Below, piece by piece: positions 12,130 to 23,275 of a DNA stretch of 38,312 nt. The stretch covers positions 1 through 38,312 of the forward strand of contig NW_021835806.1 in NCBI RefSeq assembly GCF_006345805.1, in the 5' to 3' direction. The notes beneath the pieces are model-generated. The model searched no databases and was not told the origin of the DNA. It worked only from the letters and a program-made list of their open reading frames with translations. Position 1 is the stretch's first letter. Each line of letters begins with the position of its first letter. This stretch comes from Octopus sinensis (taxonomy: Eukaryota). The translations under genes and the position numbers were made by a program.

Positions 12130-13559
12130 CGGAAAAATATATTTTCAAGTTTTACATTTTACACTATAATGTGATTATATCTATTAATCAAAAATATTCC
12201 ATTACCGTAAGATATCTTTATGTTCAATTGTCAACGGCTGACCACTATGCTTTTGGTCAGCACGCTTTACAGATTCATTACAACAAAACTCTATATTAAG
12301 ATCCACCAAAATATTAACTAATTTCCTATCTTTACTCTCTGTATTCAGACATCAAATATAATTTAACAATATTGTAATTATTTAATTTCATTGTCTCTTT
12401 ATAACAATATTTTGCTTTTAGTTTTCTCTTCCTTCCGTATTTCTCTGATTTTCAGGGAGTTTAAGGCACAGGTATAAAGAGAGGATAACTCAACTACTGA
12501 AAAACAGTGCTATAAAGAGATAATTACGTGAAGTATTTGCAATATTTTTCAATTATGTTGGATGTCACAGTACATTGCATAGATATGTGAAAGTTGGTCT
12601 CAAAACGAAGCTGGATTCGACCAATCGCATAAATCTCTTCAACGACACCTATTTACCTGCAATTTACAACAGGTGTGAAAGCTGGTACACAATGAAGAGG
12701 GAGGAAGTGAGTCTGATAATGGCCCAAAGCACATTCGAAAAATCGAGGTTATGGAATGTTGCTAAATTTGCACATCAGGAGTGAGGCGATCATAGAGAAA
12801 TCAGGTGTGAGAGACATCATCACTAAAAACTTATGCCAAAATTTCAGATGGGACAGGTAGCCAGCTCACTGAAATTATTTAGGGATGCACAGTTGTTGAG
12901 AGTTATATACGCGAGCAGAGGAGGTCACTGAGAGCGAATCCAAAAGTGAGTGTTTGATGAAATACGACATGCTACGTAGGTGAGAAGGTCAAGATGAAGA
13001 CAGAAGTGGAGGATGCACTGTGTTCTCTGGTGTCGTCAATACACTCAGTCAGTCGACCATGGTCAAGGTGGTATTTCTGTCACATCTATGACATAGCGTT
13101 TTCACATCTACAGTAGAACTCACTAATCAAACATTCTTATAATTTTCTGCTCACTTCCAATGTCAACAAGGTTAATCATCAAATATCGATCTTCAAATAC
13201 ATTTCACACCACTTCATTTTAGACAACTAGCACCTACTCTCTGCGTGAAACATTGCTGCTGGTAATCTTTAAGTTTAACCGCTCTCACCAACGTTCGCCA
13301 GAATGTCTTCTGATACAGAAGATGTGTGAAACCTCCTTACGGAAACAGTTTTCTTTCCAGATGAGTAATAATTTATTCTACTAAGTTGTTGGCGAAATTG
13401 GTATCAGGTACCCCAAAACAACACCGCCGTTTATCTACACATCATTGCATAAAATGCATCCGAAATGGTACATAATAGAACTGATTCTCAAAAATACATA
13501 CGCAAGCCATGCTAGAAACATCATATACTATATTTACTTTGAGGTTTTCACAATCTATT

Positions 13560-14620
13560 GCTTATAAACCATTATCGATTTTTACCATGATCTCAATATC
13601 TCTATTCTTACTAGACAATAGGGAAGCCTACCAGCATACGAAATACTTACAAATTTGTCATTAAAATATGTCATGGTTTCTCTTGATACGTTGTATATCA
13701 CTTGTTTCTGCTGCCCTTTGACAATTAAAAAACCGTATTATTTATTTGCATTAAGTCTTAATCTCGACCAAGGATTAAATCCATTCCGGTTGTCCAAAAC
13801 TATTAGCATATTCTTTTGATCTCTTTCCCTTATTTGTATGTCATCGATGATGTTTCTCTTCCAGCTATCTGCTGAGCAGTCTGCTGATCTGAGTAACATC
13901 TCATTAACAAAGACTGACATTTTGCATCCTACTCTAGTTTCACGCCAATCCTACTCTCTGTATAATATGTGTGTAACGAATAGCATTTGGAAATTGTTAA
14001 ACCAACTCTTCGTCATATTTTTAAAATCCTCCAGTATGTAAACGAAGGCCATTGCTTTTCTCGATGGCTTATGTTGTTCACATCCCTAAGCATTGGACTG
14101 ATCCAACGATACAACATTCAAATCACTTCTATTTTTCTATGTATGTTGGTCCCACTTTTACAAGGCATGTCCCAAACACTCAGGATGTCAACGGATTCTT
14201 TTGCAGTCACACTTTCAGTCTCATTAGAGTTATTTTGTCGATGTGTAGTTGATCTCTGACCATGGAAATCTTAGCAATCAGAATTGCAATCGGTGCCAAC
14301 TTGCGAATTAGTTTCGCTTTAGCTTAAATTGTACGCAAAATCTTTCTCTCTTCCTCCAGCCATCAATCACACCAACTTTATACCCGAAAGTTCCACCATT
14401 ATGTGATGCCTACAACAAAACCTTGTACAAGACTTGAAACTTTCTAATGTACAGCCTCACCTTGCCTTATACCCAAAGATAACTACTTCTTTCTTGCTGC
14501 AATCCTCAAGCTCAAATTCTTCGTTCCTGATTTTGTTGGACATTTTCTTAGAGAGACGATAATATTTCACATGCTTTGCAACAATAAAATGCACCTAGAA
14601 CCCTTTACAAGGTGGTTGGT
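13560..14620 (-). mobile_element. Decayed Hero/R2-like RT fragment, older paralog
   Basis: Recognisable but much more diverged homolog of 2500-3600, in the same module position. Confidence 0.55.
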
Positions 14621-14850
14621 GTCAGGAATGGCATAGCACTACATGAAAGCAGTGATGTTTAAGTGAGATATGTTCCTCTACGAATGAAGAAGGGAAGTAG
14701 TTCTGAAGAAGAACTGACTTGGACAGCGACAACTCATCTAGTCCATAGGAGCCTGGAAATCTGACGAGAAATGTCGGGGTTGTTGCCTGTGATTCACTTG
14801 CATCGTGCAACCTGTATCTTTCATGAAGTAAGAAAGGCAGATACCGATTA

Positions 14851-14918
14851 TCACAGTAGCAAAGAAATGTTTTCTATTCGGGAAAAGACAATGTGTAGTG
14901 GATGTAATAATGAAATTA
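14851..14918 (-). CDS. Candidate stop-containing terminal exon, xISLLHPLHIVFSRIENISLLL*
   Basis: gttacactggtag|TA acceptor entering, in phase 1, the frame shared by the terminal-exon family. The copy near 4767 is 2 nt shorter and frameshifted. Confidence 0.35.
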
Positions 14919-15351
14919 CTACCAGTGTAACATAACAGAGAGTTTACACTTGGAACGCATTTCATTGTAATTCTTCTAGATTATGAGAAGCATCCGTTTA
15001 AATAACAACAACAAACAATAATAACCTGAAGTAAACATGGTAAAAAATGTGACAAAAACAGCTGTCATTAACTCTAAATTTATATTCCTAAAAACAAATT
15101 AGCTTAGTTCTATCTTTCTCAAAACTATACAAAATATATTCCCGTTTCAATTTTCCATGTTAAAACCACTCTAACTTCGTTGGATATTTTGTGAAATTTC
15201 AATAATATCGATATATTGAATAGAATTATTATACAACAAACCTTTCGAATCTAATTAGGGATAGAATCTGTACTCAGTCGTTCTAACATACAAAGCTCGA
15301 GATAAATTGAAATGTATAGAAATCGGTAACTTAATATTATTTCATACTTAC

Positions 15352-15438
15352 ATCCTTCCTCTGATTCATCTACTCCAGAAGATGATTGTAAACCGGAATC
15401 GGTACTGGCTCCGGGTACTATACTTGCTGTTGAATGTT
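15352..15438 (-). CDS. Candidate 87-nt cassette exon B, (E)HSTASIVPGASTDSGLQSSSGVDESEEG, phase 1-1
   Basis: tattcatttcag| acceptor, T|gtaagt donor, open frame. Confidence 0.7.
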
Positions 15439-17161
15439 CTGAAATGAATATTTTCAAGATTTGCGTTGTATAGCATGATGTGCTTATCTTTGTTAATAAT
15501 CTATATTTCACTATTGTGACTTATTTCTATTGTCAATGGCTATATAAAGGGCCACCAAAATATTAACTAATTTCCTCTCTTTACTCTCTGTATTCAGATA
15601 TCAAATATAATTTAACAATATTGTAATTATTTAATTTCATTGTCTCTTTATAACAATATTTTGCTTTTAGTTTTCTCTTTCCTTCCGTATTTCTCTGATT
15701 TTCAGGGAGTTTAAGGCACAGGTATAAAAAGAGGATAACTCAACTACTGAAAAACATTGCTATAAATAGATAATTACGTGAAGTAATTGCAATATTGTTA
15801 ATTATGTTGGATGTCACAATACATTGCATTGATATATGAAAGTTGGTCTCAAAAAAGTCGGATTGAACCAATCACATAAACCTCTTCAACAACACCTATT
15901 TACCGCAATTTACAACAGGTGTGAAAGCTGGTACACAACGAAGATGGAGGATGTGAGTCTGATAATGGCCCAAAGCACAATCGAAAAATCGAGGTTTGGG
16001 AGTGTTGCTAAATTTGCACATCAAGAGTGAGGCGATCAGAGGGAAATCAGGTGTGAGAGACTCATCACAAAACTTATGACAAAATTTCAGATGGGACAGG
16101 TAACCAGCTCACTGAAAATATTTAGAGATGCACAGTTGTTGAGAGTTATATACACGAGCAGAGGAGGTCACTGAGAGCGAATCCAAAAGTGAGTGTTTGA
16201 CGAAATACGACATGCGACATAGGTGAGAAGGTCAAGATGAAGACAGAAGTGGAGGGTGCACTGTAAACTCTGGTGACTTCAATACACTCAGTCAGTCGAT
16301 CATGGTCAAGGTGGTATTTTGTCACATTTATGACATAACGTTTTCACCTCTACCGTAGTAAACCTCACAAACCAAACTTCTCGTTTTCTGCTCAACTCCA
16401 ATGTCAAGCAAGTGGATACCATATATCTATCTACAAAAACTGGTCACACCACTTACCGTTAGACAGAAAGTACCTGCTCTCTGTGAAATATTGCTTCTGG
16501 TAATCTTTGATTTTAACTGCCCACATCAACGTGCGTATTTGTGACGCATCTATGACATGGCGTTTTCACATCTACAGTAGAACTCACTAATCAAACAATC
16601 TTATAATTTTCTGCTCACTTCCAGTGTCAACAAGGTTAATCATCAAATATCTATCTTCAAATTCCTTTCACTTTAGATACAAACACCTACTCGCCGTGTG
16701 AAACATTGCTGCTGGTAATCTTTAATTTTAACTGCCCACATCTACGTTCACCAGAATGTCATCTCATGTAGAAAATATTTGAAGACACCTTAATGACATA
16801 GATTTCATCCTAAGTGAGTAATGATTAATTCTACACAGGTGTAGAGGAAAGAAATATCAGATGTCACATCAGATGTCATTAACTCTAAATTTATATTCCT
16901 AAACAAATTAGCTTAGTTCTCTTTCTTAAAACTATACTAAATATATTCCCGTTTCAATTTTTCATTTTACAAACCACGCTATCCTCGTTGTATATTTTGT
17001 GAAATTTCTGTAATATCGATATATTGAATAGAATTATTATACAACAAAACTTTCGAATCTAATTAAGGAATAGAATCTGTACTCAGTCGTTCTAACATAC
17101 AAAAGCTCGGGAGAAGGTGAAATGTATAGAAATCGGTAACTTGAAATTATTTCATACTTAC

Positions 17162-17248
17162 TATCTTCCTCTGATTCATCTTCTCCAGAAGGTAAACTTA
17201 AACGGTGACTGATACTGGCTCTTTGAAATATACTTCGTGTCAGAATAT
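17162..17248 (-). CDS. Candidate 87-nt cassette exon C, (D)ILTRSIFQRASISHRLSLPSGEDESEED, phase 1-1
   Basis: gtcatttcag| acceptor, A|gtaagt donor, open frame. Confidence 0.7.
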
Positions 17249-18856
17249 CTGAAATGACTATTTTCAAGAGTTGCGTTGTATAGCATGATGTGCTTATCTT
17301 TGTTAATAATCTATATTTCACTATTGTGACATATTCCTATTGTCAATGGTCAACGGCTGACCACTATGCTTTTGGTCAGCACGTTTTACAGTTTCAATAT
17401 AACAAAACTCTATATTAAGAGCCACCAAAATATTAACTAATTTCCTATCTATACTCTCTGTATTCAGACATCAAATATAATTCAACAATATTGTAATTAT
17501 TTAATTTCATTGTCTCTTTATAAGAATATTTTGCTTTTAGTTTTCTCTTTCCTTCCGTATTTCTCTGATTTTCAGGGAGTTTAAGGCACAGGTATAAAGA
17601 GAGGATAACTCAACTACTGAAAAACATTGCTATAAAGAGATAATTACGTGAAGTAATTGCAATATTGTTAAATTATGTTGGATGTCACAATACATTGCGT
17701 TGATATATGAAAGTTGGTCTCAAAACGAAGTCGGATTGGACCAACCACATAAACCTCTTCAACAACACCTATTTACCGGCAATTTACAACAGGTTTGAAA
17801 GCTGTACACAACGAAGATGGAGGATGTGAGTCTGATAATGGCCCAAAGCACATTCGAAAAATCGAGGTTTGGGAGTGTTGCTAAATTTGCACATCAAGAG
17901 TGAGGCGATCAGAGGGAAATCAGGTGTGAGAGACATCATCACTAAAAACTTATGACAAAATTTCAGATGGGACAGGTAACCAGCTCACTGAAAATATTAA
18001 GAGATGCTCAGTTGTTGAGAGTTATATACGCGAGCAGAGGAGGTCACTGAGAGCGAATCCAAAAGTGAGTGTTTGACGAAATACGACATGCTACGTAGGT
18101 GAGAAGGTCAAGATGAAGACAGAAGTGGAGGGTGCACTGTGATCTCTGGTGTCGTCAATACACTCAGTCAGTCGATCATGGTCAAGGTGGTATTTCTGTC
18201 ACATCTATGACATAGCGTTTTCACCTCTACCGTAGTAAACGTCACGAACCAAACTTCTCGTTTTCTGCTCAACTCCAATGTCAAGCAAGTGGATAACCAT
18301 ATATCTATCTACAAAAACTGGTCACACCACTTACCGTTAGACAGAAAGTACCTGCTCTCTGTGAAATATTGCTTCTGGTAATCTTTGATTTTAACTGCCC
18401 ACATCAACCTGCGTATTTGTGACGCATCTATGACATGGCGTTTTCACATCTACAGTAGAACTCACTAATCAAACAATCTTATAATTTTCTGCTCACTTCC
18501 AGTGTCAACAAGGTTAATCATCAAATATCTGTCTTCAAATTCCTTTCACTTTAGATACAAACACCTACTCGCTGTGTGAACATTGCTGCTGGTAATCTTT
18601 AATTCTAACTGCCCACATCTACGTTCACCAGAATGTCATCTCATGTAGAAAAATTTTGAAGACCCCTGAATGACATAGATTTCATCCCAAGTGAGGAATA
18701 ATTAATTCTACACAGGTCTAGGAGAAAGAAATATCAGATGTCCCCCAAACTGTTACCACCTAATTTACTTCATATAAGCTCATGGTAAATTTACTATCAG
18801 TGAAATATGACAGAATCTTTATGGAAATCGATGAGGTAATATAATTAAAAACTCAC

Positions 18857-18907
18857 CATAATGACTTAAACTGTGTTCGGTCCTTTTGGGGAAATCTCTT
18901 CCATAAT
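18857..18907 (-). CDS. Candidate 51-nt cassette exon, (D)YGRDFPKRTEHSLSHY, phase 1-1
   Basis: tattcatttcag| acceptor, G|gtgagt donor, open frame. Confidence 0.7.
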
Positions 18908-19404
18908 CTGAAATGAATATTTTCACGTATTACATTTTATTGTATGATTTGGTTATATTTCTTAATCTATATTTTGATATTCTTCGACATTTATATCTTA
19001 AATGGTCAACGGATGACCACTATATCTTTGGTGAGCAACTCATACTGTTTAACACATTAATTAGAGCCTTCAAAATATGCGCAGATTTCCTATCTATCCT
19101 CTCTGTATTCAGATATCCAGCATGTTTTAACAAGATTGAAATTATTTAATTACCTCTTTATAACAGTATTCTTCCTCTATGCCTTTCCTTTCGTATCTCT
19201 CTGCATTTGAGTGAGTTTAAGGTACAGATATAAGAGAGGAAAACTAAACTAATGAGAAACAGTGTTATAAAGAGATAATTACGTGAAGTAATTGCAATAT
19301 TGTTTAATTATGTCGGATGTCACATTACAGTGCGGTGATATATATCCGTAATCAAGCGATCAGAGAGAATTCTGGTGTGAGCGACATCATCACCAAATGC
19401 GGAA

Positions 19405-19955
19405 GGAAGAAGTGTGGTTTTACTCTTGAATAGTGTCCCGATGTCATATGGGCCGCATATCTTTTGTATCTTTTCGGAGAGGCCTTTCACATAAGGTAGA
19501 CAGACTGTGGACAGTTTATTGGTTTCATCCTCTCTTTTCTTCATAATTGGAGTGGATAGTATGTTTTTGGGTAGTTGTTGCTTAATAGATTGTTACTTAG
19601 CGTGATCATTTCTTCGTTGTGGGTTTCACGATCGCTACTTATATTCTTTACTCGATGTTTTAGGCACTGAGCAATCCCTCTCTTTACACTGTAAGGATGG
19701 TGGGAAATGAAGTTGATGTATCGTCCGGTAAAGGTCGGCTTGCGGTATACGGATGTTCTGAATCCATACTTGGTGCGTGTTATTAATACCTCCAGGTTCG
19801 AAATTTCCTCAAGACACCTGATGAAGGCTGGAGGGTATATCAGCCTAAACGTTGTGTTAACAACAAACAAGATGAGTTCTCGTCTCTTAAATATTGAACT
19901 AGGCTATCTAAAATGTTCAGTATCCTGTCTTCCTTCAATACGTGTGTCATTTCTT
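19405..19955 (-). mobile_element. Penelope-like element fragment, copy 3
   Basis: ORFs 19320-19544 and 19541-19870 carry the same PLE motifs. Confidence 0.85.
19814..19857 (+). ncRNA. Minimal type-I hammerhead-like motif with an altered core, copy 3
   Basis: Same sequence as copy 2. Confidence 0.6.
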
Positions 19956-20479
19956 TGAATGCATTGGCTTGCATTGCATCATACAGTCAGTATCTATATT
20001 TATGAATGGGAAAGTGGCATGGTAGTCTGTGCAACAGACGAAAATCTTCCACTTGGACAAAGACAATCTTTAATGGATGTAGTGATAGATTTCCTCGTCG
20101 TGAAGAAAGAAAAGTGTTCAAACTTGGAATGCATTTCCTTGTAAGTGAACCAGATAATGAGAGGCACCTGCTTGATATACAACAACAAAACCAGTCAGTA
20201 AACGTAGTAAAATGTAAAACAAACAAAATCTTTTACTCACGTGATAAAGTATAACATATTATATATCCCCGTTCAAAAAGAGAATATTCAATCTATTGTG
20301 TCTTCTAAATTATCCATTTTACCAAACATGTTAACTTGAGTGGGTAAATTATGAAATGTCAGTAATATCGATCCCTTTAATTTAATTAGTTTACAGTTAA
20401 AACGTGCAATTGGAATTTAGGAATAGAACATATTCTTAATAATTCCTACGAACAAAATAGCTCAGGTAAACCTATTTAC

Positions 20480-20505
20480 CTGCTTGTTCTGAGATTTGGG
20501 AAACA
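20480..20505 (-). CDS. Candidate 26-nt micro-exon, copy 3, (V)FPKSQNKQ, phase 1-0
   Basis: atttatttcag| acceptor, CAG|gtaaat donor. Confidence 0.45.
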
Positions 20506-21226
20506 CTGAAATAAATATTTCAAGGTTTTTCAAATTTATAATAAAATATTTTAAATCTAGATATTAATAATATATATTTTATTATTGTGGGACTTTCTGA
20601 TCACCAATGGGCAGCCTGTGTATGGACAGCTGTGTAAGCTACATAGTAGTGAAATGTATGTAGTGAACACAGAGGACGTGTAAAGGCTTGAACAAAATGG
20701 AACCAGCACGCTCCACTGGATGGTGACTGTCAGCGTGCAGGTATAAAATGCTGACACGTTTTAAGATAAAAGTCGAGAGTTATCACATGTATGTAGTACG
20801 CAAGACAGACGACTGTGCTAGTATGACCATGTGATGTGTATGAATAAGATCAGCTGTATAAAGAGCACCGATCTGTAAATGTGGAGAGAACCTCAAGAAA
20901 ACTGGAAGGAAGTGTTGAGAAATGAGCTTCAGATCTTGAACCTGAGAGTCAATCGGTATGTAAAAGAAGTTTATTGATTTCATCAATAATTTGTTTGGTA
21001 CACAAGACGTCCCTGAAACCTGACACCTCTGCTCCTCTTATTGACAGCGGGAAAAAAAAACCTTTGACAACTTCTTTAGTTTTGGCCACCAGCTCAACTT
21101 TGGTGTTGCAGTCAGAGCGAATGGTATATTTCTCAACCGTGTCCCATACAAACTAATCAATGAGATTTCAATCAGGGAAACTAGGAAGTTTACAAATGGG
21201 TCCACTAAAACTGCATAAGTACTCAG

Positions 21227-21293
21227 ACAACCACTTCAGATGTATGGTAAGGAGCCGAATCCTACTGCCACGCATAAGGCCTTGCAACTGTGT
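21227..21293 (-). pseudogene. Probable decayed cassette exon
   Basis: ttcctgtatttag|AC ACA acceptor at the same ~95-nt spacing from the palindromic motif as the other cassettes, but in-frame TAG and a ctgagt donor. Confidence 0.3.
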
Positions 21294-22099
21294 CTAAATA
21301 CAGGAAATTCCTTTCCAACCTGCAGTTCCCTTCCAATCCTCCATGTCAGCTAACGTGTTTATAATTGCCAGACTATCCTTTCGCCAATGGTCAACTGGTG
21401 ACCCCTAAGGGTTTGTTTAACATTTTTATACTTTCTACAGTGTTACTATACCCTAGCTCAATGTTTAGGTCTACAACGAAATAGACTAACAAACCTTATT
21501 CTACTCTGTTTATTGAGACATACTACATAATCTAACAATTCAACAATTATCTCATATAATTATCACTTGATAACGCTCTTCCTTTCTAAGTTGAGCATTT
21601 CTTTTCTTATATCTGTGCCAGTATTGATGAGATGGCATTTTCTCCCTCACATCTAGATATCGCTTTCTGGCATTCTTTTATTCATCCACTTAATTCCGTT
21701 ATCAACCAAGTCCGTCAACAAAACTCGAACCACAAACACATGATACCCCACTCCAAGTAGGATCTTACACCTGCTCTCTTTCTTAAACATTTATGCTGCA
21801 GTTAACCAGAATGTCATCTGATTAAGGAAATATTTGAAGACATTTGAATGTCATACGTCTTCCTTAATGAAGCAGTTTTCTTTCCGCATGAGTGAAGATA
21901 AATTCTACACAGTAGAGCAGAAAATTAATAACAACTGTTCTAAAAAAACTATACACTTGTAACACATGTTATTATCTATATACAACTTGTCATCGACATA
22001 TTATTATGATGAATATATCTGAAATGGTACATTGCAAATGATTCTCAAGTATATATAAGAAAGACGGAGACACAGATCAAACAGCAAGCTACAAATCTG

Positions 22100-23050
22100 T
22101 TATTTGCCCAGATATTTTGGTTTATCTCCCGCTTCAAACTCTTCCTTGGTTTGTGCCATGATCTCAATGCGTCTACTCTTCACAGACAACAAACTAGCGT
22201 ACCATCCTCTAAATTATTTTACAACTTTCTTTTTAATCCTTCACAAAGAATTCCCAGCTATTTTGAAATTTACTTCCTCCTGCTAAAATTTAAAAAATGA
22301 CAGATTGAATTATTTGCTTTATACCCGATTCTTGACCAAGAAATTAGTTTGTTCATACCATCCAGAAATATTTACGTAACGTTTTGGTCTCTTGTTAATA
22401 TTCTTAGGTAATCAATTAGTGCCTTCTTCGGTGATGTCAATACAGCCCTTTCTTCTGATCAATCTGCTGATCTAAGTAACATCCCCATAACAAGCACAAA
22501 CCAAATGAATGTTATGCAAAGTATAGCTATTCCATTTTCAAGACGAAGCCAGTCTCTTGTAAAACACTCTTGTAAAATGTCATTTTTGAGATTCCTATAG
22601 CAACTCCTCACCATATCTGTTATCTTCTCCCATATATAAAATAACTCTGTTGCTTCCTCAATTATTTGTGTGATACAGAATGTGAAGTATTAGCCAGATC
22701 AAGTCATACAACATGCAAATCCATTTTGTTGTTTTTGTGTTAAGTCCTATAGACAATATTTTGTAGATATATAGTTGGTCTCTCATTAAGTACACCTAAG
22801 CAAATCTTGGTATCTATACTCAAAGATTGAAATTGTTCTGAAGTGATCGATCAGCTTTGCATTAGCTTCCATTGGTAAGTAATCTCCTTCTGCCTTGAAC
22901 CAATCATCAACCGATCCACTTTTTTGCTACAACTCTCAAAGTAATAGGTAAAGATTGTGATATAATTGTGGATAAAACTTGTATACTTTGTATGGTAGTC
23001 CATCTCCTCGTTGGATGCCTTTTGCTCTCGTTTTCTTCATACAACTATCT
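22100..23050 (-). mobile_element. Decayed Hero/R2-like RT fragment, older paralog
   Basis: Shares blocks such as tctgctgatctaagtaacatc and ccagaaatattt with the other copies. Confidence 0.5.
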
Positions 23051-23099
23051 GCGTGATTCTTGCTGAAATCATTGTTGATTCCTAGTTTCATTCCGTGTT

Positions 23100-23275
23100 T
23101 GAAATCGTCCATCACTGGGAATTACTGATCTTACTCTGGGTGTAATTGTCGACAGTGGTTTGCGTTGGACAAAACACATCGCTAAAATTGTCAAGAAGGC
23201 TGAGGGTGTCTTGGCATCACTCACCAAGTCCTTTGTGAGCCGCTCTCCGGCTATCTATCTGCGGCTTTCCATGCT
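23100..23275 (+). mobile_element. CR1/L2-like LINE RT C-terminal fragment
   Basis: LGVIVDSGLRWTKHIAKIVKKAEGVLASLTKSFVSRSPAIYLRL. Confidence 0.65.

Larger units (their letters stand above)
7709..19669. repeat. Recent tandem unit 2 (11,961 bp) containing an internal ~1.8-kb duplication
   Basis: Colinear with unit 1; approx. 15061-16866 is repeated at approx. 16874-18735. Confidence 0.95.
19670..20955. repeat. Partial tandem unit 3
   Basis: Matches 1-1290, then jumps to sequence matching ~3025-3070 before unique DNA. Confidence 0.9.

Noticed and set aside
1-20955. Whole array as an assembly artefact
   Set aside because: Units differ by multi-kb indels, a private insertion and many substitutions, which is unlike collapsed or duplicated reads. 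Haplotype chimerism at single junctions still needs long-read checking.
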